Assembly: GCA_044892525.1 (NCBI GenBank)
Contig: CM097885.1
Span: 200,446,001-200,510,000 of the forward strand
Direction: 5' to 3'
Length of the DNA stretch: 64,000 nucleotides
From: Schmidtea polychroa
Lineage: Eukaryota
The position numbers and the translations under genes are program-made. Below are positions 22,501 through 37,229 of this stretch, one piece after another. The notes under the pieces were generated by a model. That model saw only the letters and a list, made by a program, of their open reading frames with translations, was not told the DNA's origin and did no database searches. Within the stretch, counting starts at the first letter, position 1, and the number at the start of each line of letters is the position of its first letter.

Positions 22501-25500
22501 CACTAGTTCCACAAGTCGAACTTCATCAGCACCTGTAACAGACACATCAATCAAGTCAACTAGCCTACCAGAAACATCTTCAATGTCAACAGGAAAAACG
22601 AGTGAAAAATCAACTAGTTTGAGTAACATTGACACTTCATCAGTATCGTCGTCCACATCTTCAGTAACTCCAACGACTGGAACAAAAACGAGTGAAAGTT
22701 CAACAACCAAATCTACTGAAAGCACCACAGGCATTTCATCTACTGACAAAACAAGTGCGACCACAACTTCAGAATCACCAACAACGTCAAGTAGCCAAAC
22801 AACAAGCTCGATAGAAAGCACTAGTTCCACAAGTCGAACTTCATCAGCACCTGTAACAGACACATCAATCAAGTCAACTAGCCTACCAGAAACGTCTTCA
22901 ATGTCAACAGGAAAAACGAGTGAAAAATCAACTAGTTTGAGTAGCATTGACACTTCATCAGTATCGTCGTCCACATCTTCAGTAACTCCAACGACTGGAA
23001 CAAAAACGAGTGAAAGTTCAACAACGAAATCTACTGAAAGCACCACAGGCATTTCATCTACTGACAAAACAAGTGCGACCACAACTTCAGAATCACCAAC
23101 AACGTCAAGCAGCCAAACAACAAGCTCGATAGAAAGCACTAGTTCCACAAGTCGAACTTCATCAGCACCTGAAACAGACACATCAATCAAGTCAACTAGC
23201 CTACCAGAAACGTCTTCAATGTCAACAGGAAAAACGAGTGAAAAATCAACTAGTTTGAGTAGCATTGACACTTCATCAGTATCGTCGTCCACATCTTCAG
23301 TAACTCCAACGACTGGAACAAAAACGATTGAAAGTTCAACAACGAAATCTACTGAAAGCACCACAGGCATTTCATCTACTGACAAAACTAGTGCGACCAC
23401 AACTTCAGAATCACCAACAACGTCAAGCAGCCAAATAACAAGCTCGATCGAAAGCACTAGTTCCACAAGTCGAACTTCATCAGCACCTGTAACAGACACA
23501 TCAATCAAGTCAACTAGCCTACCAGAAACGTCTTCAATGTCAACAGGAAAAACGAGTGAAAAATCAACTAGTTTGAGTAACATTGACACTTCATCAGTAT
23601 CGTCGTCCACATCTTCAGTAACTCCAACGACTGGAACAAAAACGAGTGAAAGTTCAACAACGAAATCTACTGAAAGCACCACAGGCATTTCATCTACTGA
23701 CAAAACAAGTGCGACCACAACTTCAGAATCACCAACAACGTCAAGTAGCCAAACAACAAGCTCGATAGAAAGCACTAGTTCCACAAGTCGAACTTCATCA
23801 GCACCTGTAACAGACACATCAATCAAGTCAACTAGCCTACCAGAAACGTCTTCAATGTCAACAGGAAAAACGAGTGAAAAATCAACTAGTTTGAGTAGCA
23901 TTGACACTTCATCAGTATCGTCGTCCACATCTTCAGTAACTCAAGAAACTGGAACAAGAACGAGTGAAAGTTCAACAACGAAATCTACTGAAAGCACCAC
24001 AGGCATTTCATCTACTGACAAAACAAGTGCGACCACAACTTCAGAATCACCAACAACGTCAAGTAGCCAAACAACAAGCTCGATAGAAAGCACTAGTTCC
24101 ACAAGTCGAACTTCATCAGCACCTGTAACAGACACATCAATCAAGTCAACTAGCCTACCAGAAACGTCTTCAATGTCAACAGGAAAAACGAGTGAAAAAT
24201 CAACTAGTTTGAGTAGCATTGACACTTCATCAGTATCGTCGTCCACATCTTCAGTAACTCAAGAAACTGGAACAAGAACGAGTGAAAGTTCAACAACGAA
24301 ATCTACTGAAAGCACCACAGGCATTTCATCTAATGACAAAACAAGTGCGAAGACAACTTCAGAATCACCAACAACGTCAAGCAGCCAAACAACAAGCTCG
24401 ATAGAAAGCACTAGTTCCACAAGTCGAACTTCATCAGCACCTGAAACAGACACATCAATCAAGTCAACTAGCCTACCAGAAAAGTCTTCAATGTCAACAG
24501 GAAAAACGAGTGAAAAATCAACTAGTTTGAGTAGCATTGACACTTCATCAGTATCGTCGTCCACATCTTCAGTAACTCCAACGACTGGAACAAAAACGAG
24601 TGAAAGTTCAACAACGAAATCTACTGAAAGCACCACAGGCATTTCATCTACTGACAAAACAAGTGCGACCACAACTTCAGAATCACCAACAACGTCAAGC
24701 AGCCAAATAACAAGCTCGATCGAAAGCACTAGTTCCACAAGTCGAACTTCATCAGCACCTGTAACAGACACATCAATCAAGTCAACTAGCCTACCAGAAA
24801 CGTCTTCAATGTCAACAGGAAAAACGAATGAAAAATCAACTAGTTTGAGTAACATTGACACTTCATCAGTATCGTCGTCCACATCTTCAGTAACTCCAAC
24901 GACTGGAACAAAAACGAGTGAAAGTTCAACAACGAAATCTACTGAAAGCACCACAGGCATTTCATCTACTGACAAAACAAGTGCGACCACAACTTCAGAA
25001 TCACCAACAACGTCAAGTAGCCAAACAACAAGCTCGATAGAAAGCACTAGTTCCACAAGTCGAACTTCATCAGCACCTGTAACAGACACATCAATCAAGT
25101 CAACTAGCCTACCAGAAACGTCTTCAATGTCAACAGGAAAAACGAGTGAAAAATCAACTAGTTTGAGTAGCATTGACACTTCATCAGTATCGTCGTCCAC
25201 ATCTTCTGTAACTCCAACGACTGGAACAAAAACGAGTGAAAGTTCAACAACGAAATCTACTGAAAGCACCACAGGCATTTCATCTACTGACAAAACAAGA
25301 GCGACCACAACTTCAGAATCACCAACAACGTCAAGCAGCCAAACAATAAGCTCGATAGAAAGCACTAGTTCCACAAGTCGAACTTCATCAGCACCTGTAA
25401 CAGACACATCAATCAAGTCAACTAGCCTACCAGAAAAGTCTTCAATGTCAACAGGAAAAACGAGTGAAAAATCAACTAGTTTGAGTAGCATTGACACTTC

Positions 25501-28500
25501 ATCAGTATCGTCGTCCACATCTTCAGTAACTCAAGAAACTGGAAAGAGAACGAGTGAAAGTTCAACAACGAAATCTACTGAAAGCACCACAGGCATTTCA
25601 TCTAATGACAAAACAAGTGCGACCACAACTTCAGAATCACCAACAACGTCAAGCAGCCAAACAACAAGCTCGATAGAAAGCACTAGTTCCACAAGTCGAA
25701 CTTCATCAGCACCTGAAAGAGACACATCAATCAAGTCAACTAGCCTACCAGAAAAGTCTTCAATGTCAACAGGAAAAACGAGTGAAAAATCAACTAGTTT
25801 GAGTAGCATTGACACTTCATCAGTATCGTCGTCCACATCTTCAGTAACTCGAGAAACTGGAACAAGAACGAGTGAAATTTCAACAACGAAATCTACTGAA
25901 AGCACCACAGGCATTTCATCTAATGACAAAACAAGTGCGACCACAACTTCAGAATCACCAACAACGTCAAGCAGCCAAACAACAAGCTCGATAGAAAGCA
26001 CTAGTTCCACAAGTCGAACTTCATCAGCACCTGTAACAGACACATCAATCAAGTCAACTAGCCTACCAGAAACGTCTTCAATGTCAACAGGAAAAACGAG
26101 TGAAAAATCAACTAGTTTGAGTAGCATTGACACTTCATCAGTATCGTCGTCCACATCTTCAGTAACTCCAACAACTGGAACAAAAACGAGTGAAAGTTCA
26201 ACAACGAAATCTACTGAAAGCACCACAGGCATTTCATCTACTGACAAAACAAGTGCGATCACAACTTCAGAATCACCAACAACGTCAAGCAGCCAAACAA
26301 CAAGCTCGATAGAAAGCACTAGTTCCACAAGTCGAACTTCATCAGCACCTGTAACAGACACATCAATCAAGTCAACTAGCCTACCAGAAACGTCTTCAAT
26401 GTCAACAGGAAAAACGAGTGAAAAATCAACTAGTTTGAGTAGCATTGACACTTCATCAGTATCGTCGTCCACATCTTCAGTAACTCCAACGACTAGAACA
26501 AAAACGGGTGAAAGTTCAACAACGAAATCTACTGAAAGCACCACAGGCATTTCATCTACTGACAAAACAAGTGCGACCACAACTTCAGAATCACCAACAA
26601 CGTCAAGCAGCCAAACAACAAGCTCGATAGAAAGCACTAGTTCCACAAGTCGAACTTCATCAGCACCTGTTACAGACACATCAATCAAGTCAACTAGCCT
26701 ACCAGAAACGTCTTCAATGTCACCAGGAAAAACGAGTGAAAAATCAACTAGTTTGAGTAGCATTGACACTTCATCAGTATCGTCATCCACATCTTCTATA
26801 ACTCCAACGACTGGAACAAAAACGAGTGAAAGTTCAACAACGAAATCTACTGAAAGCACCACAGGCATTTCATCTACTGACAAAACAAGTGCGACCACAA
26901 CTTCAGAATCACCAACAACCTCAAGCAGCCAAACAACAAGCTCGATAGAAAGCACTAGTTCCACAAGTCGAACTTCATCAGCACCTGTAACAGACACATC
27001 AATCAAGTCAACTAGCCTACCAGAAACGTCTTCAATGTCAACAGGAAAAACGAGTGAAAAATCAACTAGTTTGAGTAGCATTGACACTTCATCAGTATCG
27101 TCGTCCACATCTTCAGTAACTCCAACGACTGGAACAAAAACTAGTGAAAGTTCAACAACGAAATCTACTGAAAGCACCACAGGCATTTCATCTACTGACA
27201 AAACAAGTGCGACCACAACTTCAGAATCACCAACAACGTCAAGCAGCCAAACAACAAGCTCGATAGAAAGCACTAGTTCCACAAGTCGAACTTCATCAGC
27301 ACCTGTAACAGACACATCAATCAAGTCAACTAGCCTACCAGAAACGTCTTCAATGTCAACAGGAAAAACGAGTGAAAAATCAACTAGTTTGAGTAGCATT
27401 GACACTTCATCAGTATCGTCGTCCACATCTTCAGTAACTCCAACGACTGGAACAAAAACGAGTGAAAGTTCAACAACGAAATCTACTGAAAGCACCACAG
27501 GCATTTCATCTACTGACAAAACAAGTGCGACCACAACTTCAGAATCACCAACAACGTCAAGCAGCCAAACAACAAGCTCATTCGAAAGCACTAGTTCCAC
27601 AAGTCGAACTTCATCAGCACCTGTAACAGACACATCAATCAAGTCAACTAGCCTACCAGAAACGTCTTCAATGTCAACAGGAAAAACGAGTGAAAAATCA
27701 ACTAGTTTGAGTAGCATTGACACTTCATCAGTATCGTCGTCCACATCTTCAGTAACTCCAACGACTAGAACAAAAACGGGTGAAAGTTCAACAACGAAAT
27801 CTACTGAAAGCACCACAGGCATTTCATCTACTGACAAAACAAGTGCGACCACAACTTCAGAATCACCAACAACGTCAAGCAGCCAAACAACAAGCTCGAT
27901 AGAAAGCACTAGTTCCACAAGTCGAACTTCATCAGCACCTGTTACAGACACATCAATCAAGTCAACTAGCCTACCAGAAACGTCTTCAATGTCACCAGGA
28001 AAAACGAGTGAAAAATCAACTAGTTTGAGTAGCATTGACACTTCATCAGTATCGTCATCCACATCTTCTATAACTCCAACGACTGGAACAAAAACGAGTG
28101 AAAGTTCAACAACGAAATCTACTGAAAGCACCACAGGCATTTCATCTACTGACAAAACAAGTGCGACCACAACTTCAGAATCACCAACAACCTCAAGCAG
28201 CCAAACAACAAGCTCGATAGAAAGCACTAGTTCCACAAGTCGAACTTCATCAGCACCTGTAACAGACACATCAATCAAGTCAACTAGCCTACCAGAAACG
28301 TCTTCAATGTCAACAGGAAAAACGAGTGAAAAATCAACTAGTTTGAGTAGCATTGACACTTCATCAGTATCGTCGTCCACATCTTCAGTAACTCCAACGA
28401 CTGGAACAAAAACTAGTGAAAGTTCAACAACGAAATCTACTGAAAGCACCACAGGCATTTCATCTACTGACAAAACAAGTGCGACCACAACTTCAGAATC

Positions 28501-31500
28501 ACCAACAACGTCAAGCAGCCAAACAACAAGCTCGATAGAAAGCACTAGTTCCACAAGTCGAACTTCATCAGCACCTGTAACAGACACATCAATCAAGTCA
28601 ACTAGCCTACCAGAAACGTCTTCAATGTCAACAGGAAAAACGAGTGAAAAATCAACTAGTTTGAGTAGCATTGACACTTCATCAGTATCGTCGTCCACAT
28701 CTTCAGTAACTCCAACGACTGGAACAAAAACGAGTGAAAGTTCAACAACGAAATCTACTGAAAGCACCACAGGCATTTCATCTACTGACAAAACAAGTGC
28801 GACCACAACTTCAGAATCACCAACAACGTCAAGCAGCCAAACAACAAGCTCATTCGAAAGCACTAGTTCCACAAGTCGAACTTCATCAGCACCTGTAACA
28901 GACACATCAATCAAGTCAACTAGCCTACCAGAAACGTCTTCAATGTCAACAGGAAAAACGAGTGAAAAATCAACTAGTTTGAGTAGCATTGACACTTCAT
29001 CAGTATCGTCGTCCACATCTTCAGTAACTCCAACGACTGGAACAAAAACGAGTGAAAGTTCAACAACGAAATCTACTGAAAGCACCACAGGCATTTCATC
29101 TACTGACAAAACAAGTGCGACCACAACTTCAGAATCACCAACAACGTCAAGCAGCCAAACAACAAGCTCGATAGAAAGCACTAGTTCCACAAGTCGAACT
29201 TCATCAGCACCTGTAACAGACACATCAATCAAGTCAACTAGCCTACCAGAAACGTCTTCAATGTCAACAGGAAAAACGAGTGAAAAATCAACTAGTTTGA
29301 GTAGCATTGACACTTCATCAGTATCGTCGTCCACATCTTCTGTAACTCCAACGACTGGAACAAAAACGAGTGAAAGTTCAACAACGAAATCTACTGAAAG
29401 CACCACAGGCATTTCATCTACTGACAAAACAAGAGCGACCACAACTTCAGAATCACCAACAACGTCAAGCAGCCAAACAATAAGCTCGATAGAAAGCACT
29501 AGTTCCACAAGTCGAACTTCATCAGCACCTGTAACAGACATATCAATCAAGTCAACTAGCCTACCAGAAAAGTCTTCAATGTCAACAGGAAAAACGAGTG
29601 AAAAATCAACTAGTTTGAGTAGCATTGACACTTCATCAGTATCGTCGTCCACATCTTCAGTAACTCAAGAAACTGGAACAAGAACGAGTGAAAGTTCAAC
29701 AACGAAATCTACTGAAAGCACCAAAGGCATTTCATCTAATGACAAAACAAGTGCGACCACAACTTCAGAATCACCAACAACGTCAAACAGCCAAACAACA
29801 AGCTCGATAGAAAGCACTAGTTCCACAAGTCGAACTTCATCAGCACCTGTAACAGACACATCAATCAAGTCAACTAGCCTACCAGAAACGTCTTCAATGT
29901 CAACAGGAAAAACGAGTGAAAAATCAACTAGTTTGAGTAGCATTGACACTTCATCAGTATCGTCGTCCACATCTTCAGTAACTCCAACAACTGGAACAAA
30001 AACGAGTGAAAGTTCAACAACGAAATCTACTGAAAGCACCACAGGCATTTCATCTACTGACAAAACAAGTGCGACCACAACTTCAGAATCACCAACAACG
30101 TCAAGCAGCCAAACAACAATCTCGATAGAAAGCACTAGTTCCACAAGTCGAACTTCATCAGCACCTGTAACAGACACATCAATCAAGTCAACTAGCCTAC
30201 CAGAAACGTCTTCAATGTCAACAGGAAAAACGAGTGAAAAATCAACTAGTTTGAGTAGCATTGACACTTCATCAGTATCGTCGTCCACATCTTCAGTAAC
30301 TCCAACGACTGGAACAAAAACGAGTGAAAGTTCAACAACGAAATCTACTGAAAGCACCAGAGGCATTTCATCTACTGACAAAACAAGTGCGATCACAACT
30401 TCAGAATCACCAACAACGTCAAGCAGCCAAACAACAAGCTCGATAGAAAGCACTAGTTCCACAAGTCGAACTTCATCAGCACCTGTAACAGACACATCAA
30501 TCAAGTCAACTAGCCTACCAGAAACGTCTTCAATGTCAACAGGAAAAACGAGTGAAAAATCAACTAGTTTGAGTAGCATTGACACTTCATCAGTATCGTC
30601 GTCCACATCTTCAGTAACTCCAACGACTAGAACAAAAACGGGTGAAAGTTCAACAACGAAATCTACTGAAAGCACCACAGGCATTTCATCTACTGACAAA
30701 ACAAGTGCGACCACAACTTCAGAATCACCAACAACGTCAAGCAGCCAAACAACAAGCTCGATAGAAAGCACTAGTTCCACAAGTCGAACTTCATCAGCAC
30801 CTGTTACAGACACATCAATCAAGTCAACTAGCCTACCAGAAACGTCTTCAATGTCACCAGGAAAAACGAGTGAAAAATCAACTAGTTTGAGTAGCATTGA
30901 CACTTCATCAGTATCGTCATCCACATCTTCTATAACTCCAACGACTGGATTAAAAACGAGTGAAAGTTCAACAACGAAATCTACTGAAAGCACCACAGGC
31001 ATTTCATCTACTGACAAAACAAGTGCGACCACAACTTCAGAATCACCAACAACCTCAAGCAGCCAAACAACAAGCTCGATAGAAAGCACTAGTTCCACAA
31101 GTCGAACTTCATCAGCACCTGTAACAGACACATCAATCAAGTCAACTAGCCTACCAGAAACGTCTTCAATGTCAACAGGAAAAACGAGTGAAAAATCAAC
31201 TAGTTTGAGTAGCATTGACACTTCATCAGTATCGTCGTCCACATCTTCAGTAACTCCAACAACTGGAACAAAAACGAGTGAAAGTTCAACAACGAAATCT
31301 ACTGAAAGCACCACAGGCATTTCATCTACTGACAAAACAAGTGCGACCACAACTTCAGAATCACCAACAACGTCAAGCAGCCAAACAACAATCTCGATAG
31401 AAAGCACTAGTTCCACAAGTCGAACTTCATCAGCACCTGTAACAGACACATCAATCAAGTCAACTAGCCTACCAGAAACGTCTTCAATGTCAACAGGAAA

Positions 31501-34500
31501 AACGAGTGAAAAATCAACTAGTTTGAGTAGCATTGACACTTCATCAGTATCGTCGTCCACATCTTCAGTAACTCCAACGACTGGAACAAAAACGAGTGAA
31601 AGTTCAACAACGAAATCTACTGAAAGCACCAGAGGCATTTCATCTACTGACAAAACAAGTGCGATCACCACTTCAGAATCACCAACAACGTCAAGCAGCC
31701 AAACAACAAGCTCGATAGAAAGCACTAGTTCCACAAGTCGAACTTCATCAGCACCTGTAACAGACACATCAATCAAGTCAACTAGCCTACCAGAAACGTC
31801 TTCAATGTCAACAGGAAAAACGAGTGAAAAATCAACTAGTTTGAGTAGCATTGACACTTCATCAGTATCGTCGTCCACATCTTCAGTAACTCCAACGACT
31901 AGAACAAAAACGGGTGAAAGTTCAACAACGAAATCTACTGAAAGCACCACAGGCATTTCATCTACTGACAAAACAAGTGCGACCACAACTTCAGAATCAC
32001 CAACAACGTCAAGCAGCCAAACAACAAGCTCGATAGAAAGCACTAGTTCCACAAGTCGAACTTCATCAGCACCTGTTACAGACACATCAATCAAGTCAAC
32101 TAGCCTACCAGAAACGTCTTCAATGTCACCAGGAAAAACGAGTGAAAAATCAACTAGTTTGAGTAGCATTGACACTTCATCAGTATCGTCATCCACATCT
32201 TCTATAACTCCAACGACTGGAACAAAAACGAGTGAAAGTTCAACAACGAAATCTACTGAAAGCACCACAGGCATTTCATCTACTGACAAAACAAGTGCGA
32301 CCACAACTTCAGAATCACCAACAACCTCAAGCAGCCAAACAACAAGCTCGATAGAAAGCACTAGTTCCACAAGTCGAACTTCATCAGCACCTGTAACAGA
32401 CACATCAATCAAGTCAACTAGCCTACCAGAAACGTCTTCAATGTCAACAGGAAAAACGAGTGAAAAATCAACTAGTTTGAGTAGCATTGACACTTCATCA
32501 GTATCGTCGTCCACATCTTCAGTAACTCCAACGACTGGAACAAAAACTAGTGAAAGTTCAACAACGAAATCTACTGAAAGCACCACAGGCATTTCATCTA
32601 CTGACAAAACAAGTGCGACCACAACTTCAGAATCACCAACAACGTCAAGCAGCCAAACAACAAGCTCGATAGAAAGCACTAGTTCCACAAGTCGAACTTC
32701 ATCAGCACCTGTAACAGACACATCAATCAAGTCAACTAGCCTACCAGAAACGTCTTCAATGTCAACAGGAAAAACGAGTGAAAAATCAACTAGTTTGAGT
32801 AGCATTGACACTTCATCAGTATCGTCGTCCACATCTTCAGTAACTCCAACGACTGGAACAAAAACGAGTGAAAGTTCAACAACGAAATCTACTGAAAGCA
32901 CCACAGGCATTTCATCTACTGACAAAACAAGTGCGACCACAACTTCAGAATCACCAACAACGTCAAGCAGCCAAACAACAAGCTCATTCGAAAGCACTAG
33001 TTCCACAAGTCGAACTTCATCAGCACCTGTAACAGACACATCAATCAAGTCAACTAGCCTACCAGAAACGTCTTCAATGTCAACAGGAAAAACGAGTGAA
33101 AAATCAACTAGTTTGAGTAGCATTGACACTTCATCAGTATCGTCGTCCACATCTTCAGTAACTCCAACGACTGGAACAAAAACGAGTGAAAGTTCAACAA
33201 CGAAATCTACTGAAAGCACCACAGGCATTTCATCTACTGACAAAACAAGTGCGACCACAACTTCAGAATCACCAACAACGTCAAGCAGCCAAACAACAAG
33301 CTCGATAGAAAGCACTAGTTCCACAAGTCGAACTTCATCAGCACCTGTAACAGACACATCAATCAAGTCAACTAGCCTACCAGAAACGTCTTCAATGTCA
33401 ACAGGAAAAACGAGTGAAAAATCAACTAGTTTGAGTAGCATTGACACTTCATCAGTATCGTCGTCCACATCTTCAGTAACTCCAACGACTGGAACAAAAA
33501 CGAGTGAAAGTTCAACAACGAAATCTACTGAAAGCACCACAGGCATTTCATCTACTGACAAAACAAGTGCGACCACAACTTCAGAATCACCAACAACGTC
33601 AAGCAGCCAAACAACAAGCTCATTCGAAAGCACTAGTTCCACAAGTCGAACTTCATCAGCACCTGTAACAGACACATCAATCAAGTCAACTAGCCTACCA
33701 GAAACGTCTTCAATGTCAACAGGAAAAACGAGTGAAAAATCAACTAGTTTGAGTAGCATTGACACTTCATCAGTATCGTCGTCCACATCTTCAGTAACTC
33801 CAACGACTGGAACAAAAACGAGTGAAATTTCAACAACGAAATCTACTGAAAGCACCACAGGCATTTCATCTACTGACAAAACAAGTGCGACCACAACTTC
33901 AGAATCACCAACAACGTCAAGCAGCCAAACAACAAGCTCGATAGAAAGCACTAGTTCCACAAGTCGAACTTCATCAGCACCTGTAACAGACACATCAATC
34001 AAGTCAACTAGCCTACCAGAAACGTCTTCAATGTCACCAGGAAAAACGAGTGAAAAATCAACTAGTGTGAGTAGCATTGACACTTCATCAGTATCGTCAT
34101 CCACATCTTCTATAACTCCAACGACTGGAACAAAAACGAGTGAAAGTTCAACAACGAAATCTACTGAAAGCACCACAGGCATTTCATCTACTGACAAAAC
34201 AAGTGCGACCACAACTTCAGAATCACCAACAACCTCAAGCAGCCAAACAACAAGCTCGATAGAAAGCACTAGTTCCACAAGTCGAACTTCATCAGCACCT
34301 GTAACAGACACATCAATCAAGTCAACTAGCCTACCAGAAACGTCTTCAATGTCAACAGGAAAAACGAGTGAAAAATCAACTAGTTTGAGTAGCATTGACA
34401 CTTCATCAGTATCGTCGTCCACATCTTCAGTAACTCCAACGACTGGAACAAAAACTAGTGAAAGTTCAACAACGAAATCTACTGAAAGCACCACAGGCAT

Positions 34501-35031
34501 TTCATCTACTGACAAAACAAGTGCGACCACAACTTCAGAATCACCAACAACGTCAAGCAGCCAAACAACAAGCTCGATAGAAAGCACTAGTTCCACAAGT
34601 CGAACTTCATCAGCACCTGTAACAGACACATCAATCAAGTCAACTAGCCTACCAGAAACGTCTTCAATGTCAACAGGAAAAACGAGTGAAAAATCAACTA
34701 GTTTGAGTAGCATTGACACTTCATCAGTATCGTCGTCCACATCTTCAGTAACTCCAACGACTGGAACAAAAACGAGTGAAAGTTCAACAACGAAATCTAC
34801 TGAAAGCACCACAGGCATTTCATCTACTGACAAATCTGTTACTCCATCTCAAATATTTATGTCATCTGGAATTTATAATATTATCAATTATTCGGAAAAC
34901 TTTACTATTCCTCTCGGCGATTCCAGTTCCCCTGAGTTCATTGAGACCTCCCTCAAATATTCCCAATTGATTGAATCTAGGCTTAAGCAATATGAATATG
35001 TTTCAACATCTGCATGGATAATTTCTTTTCG
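10509..35031 (+). CDS. Giant mucin exon (24,523 nt): Ser/Thr-rich tandem-repeat domain followed by N-half of a second SEA domain
   Basis: Uninterrupted ORF of 106-aa S/T-rich units. Ends QIFMSSGIYNIINYSENFTIPLGDSSSPEF...WIISFR with a canonical donor CG|GTAAGT at 35032. Confidence 0.88.
10571..34833 (+). repeat. Coding tandem array 1: 76 full plus 1 partial 318-bp units
   Basis: Anchor acatcttcagtaactcc at 10571, 10889 ... 34739; 24168/318 = 76.0, so no net indel. Confidence 0.97.
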
Positions 35032-36246
35032 GTAAGTTTTCGTTACTTTCTAGTTTCAATGAATTTATTTATTGGTAATCCTTGCTGCAAAGGCCTTTTA
35101 ATTTTTATTCACAGTTTATATCATGCTGAACCTTCTGAAGGTTTTCATTGGCAACCTGATAATAATTATTAATTATTTCTGATTCTTTTTTTCAATTTTT
35201 TCCTTAATTAGTGTTTTTTATTTTTTTTTCGATCTCGCTCACTTGTACAATGGAGACATTCCCTTACATAATGTGTTTTTCTTGATCTTTTGTTGAACTT
35301 TCATTTGACTCTTTTTAGATGATTCTCTCTTATCCTATTTTTGATTATTTTTCAGTTTTTATTATCTGGTTAATTGAATTTTTCAACATTCTCTCTATGT
35401 TCTGATGGTTACATTGAATTAATCCTTACAGTTATTTGAAATTGTATTTGGATCCATCCATGTATGACGTAACCTGCCTAAGAGGTACATTGGTCACTTA
35501 TTGTGATGTGCTACTGTACATTAAATTTCTGATAAAGATAATCTTACAAAATGAACATATATAATTTATAGTCCTGATAAAAATAGGTCCCAATAGGCTT
35601 TCTAAGCTTTCAATTTTTATCCGCACAGTTCTCAATACCATAAAATCTTTTGAATCAAAATTTCCTTGAGTCTCAGAATGTTTAGTAAGATGTTCCCTCA
35701 AACTTATAATTTTTCCTTATATTTTTGTTTTTGGTAATCTCCTCTCTCAAATGGACTCGCCGGCGTCCCCGAAATATAAATTGTCACTTGCCGTGTCATC
35801 ATTTGCTTTGCCCATCACAAATATGTTAATTTTATGTTAATTAATGTTAATTAATGGTAAATAATGGTAATTAATGATTATATATGTATATATTAATTCC
35901 AATGGCCTTCATTTCCTTGCCCTTTGAATTTAATATATAATTTTTTGTTTTCTATTTGTAACTTTTCTATTAATATATAATGTGCTGAACATAATAAATT
36001 ATAAAAAAGTTATTATTTTTCAATTTTAATTTATATATATAATAAAAATTATATATAATTAAAATATATATAATAAAAATATATATAATAAAAATTATTA
36101 TTATAATAAAAATTTCCCAAATATATGAGTCCTACCGAAATGGATTGCGTAATGCGTTCTTATTTTTGTTATTAACATAGTTTGTTGTTGGTTTTATTGT
36201 TATTGTCATTTTTGTTATTATTGTGAAAGAATAAAAAACTATATAG

Positions 36247-36590
36247 CAGGGGTGCCCACTAATTTTTCTAGGAGAGCTACATTCACATCCAAAATGTGTA
36301 TGCGATCTACTTTTTAATACTTACATAATATTTAAACTAAATAAACAAAATTAAATTAAACTAAATTAAACTAAATAACATTTTGGAAATGGTGAAATCA
36401 AAATTAAAAAATGTTATTTAGTATTACCATAGAAATGGAACACAGAACATGAAAATTGGCAAAAAATTTAAGCATAAAACAGAAATTTTATATAAAATCT
36501 AAATTTATATAAAAAATATTTTTATGAAGATCTACAAAAAATCCTTCGCGATCTACCGGTAGATCGCGATCGACCTTATGGGCACCCATG
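36247..36590. mobile_element. Non-autonomous hAT element (MITE), 344 bp
   Basis: TIR CAGGGGTGCCCA ... TGGGCACCCATG (1 mismatch). 8-bp TSD CTATATAG at 36239-36246 and 36591-36598. Subterminal gcgatctac motifs. Confidence 0.9.
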
Positions 36591-37229
36591 CTATATAGTT
36601 TAAGTCTATATAATAAATTATTACTATAGAGAATTTAAAAATTTAGAAATCATTAAAAAAAATAAGGTTGAAAATCATGGAAAATGAAAGAAAATTATGA
36701 ATTTAAGAAGATTGGTATGTAAAATATTTTTTTATTTATTAAATAAAGGTTTTATTAATCATTATTATTGTTTCTTACTTTTATTGTACCACGTACAATC
36801 ACCCCCAGCTGTCCCGACAGTTTTTAGAGTTGACTCTGCTGGGTACTACAGATTATTTCTCCCCAACAATCACACAAAAAATATATACTCAACATACATA
36901 TATATATATAAACTTTGTCTACATCTACTTAACATAATAAATTGATGTCAGTGGCAAAGAAACACAACAATTATTTTTCAATCACTACACCTTTTAGAAT
37001 ACTTATTATAGAAGTATAAAGGATAGTGACACTTTTGGCCGAATACAGTAAGCCATATCCTTCAAATAAACTCATTTTGTTATACAAGAAAAAATAAATG
37101 ACGTCAAAGAAAATGAAAACAATGCAAATATAAACTACATCTTCAACCCTGAAGAAACACACACAATAAACTCCATAATAAAAACTAAAAGCAAACATAT
37201 ACAACTTTTTCACGGACGAAAACGGTACA

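Noticed and set aside
10477-34833. Huge Val/Leu/Asp/Glu-rich minus-strand ORFs (up to 3635 aa)
   Set aside because: Antisense shadow of the Ser/Thr repeat. The unit happens to lack stops in that frame, and the breaks arise from one sense variant (actcaagaa). No unique domain or splice signals; the plus frame has SEA domains.
35498-35701. Penelope-like GIY-YIG C-terminal fragment (EHL..H...F..L...ESLL) on the minus strand
   Set aside because: Only vague resemblance, with no GIY/YIG motif or RT seen; needs a profile search.
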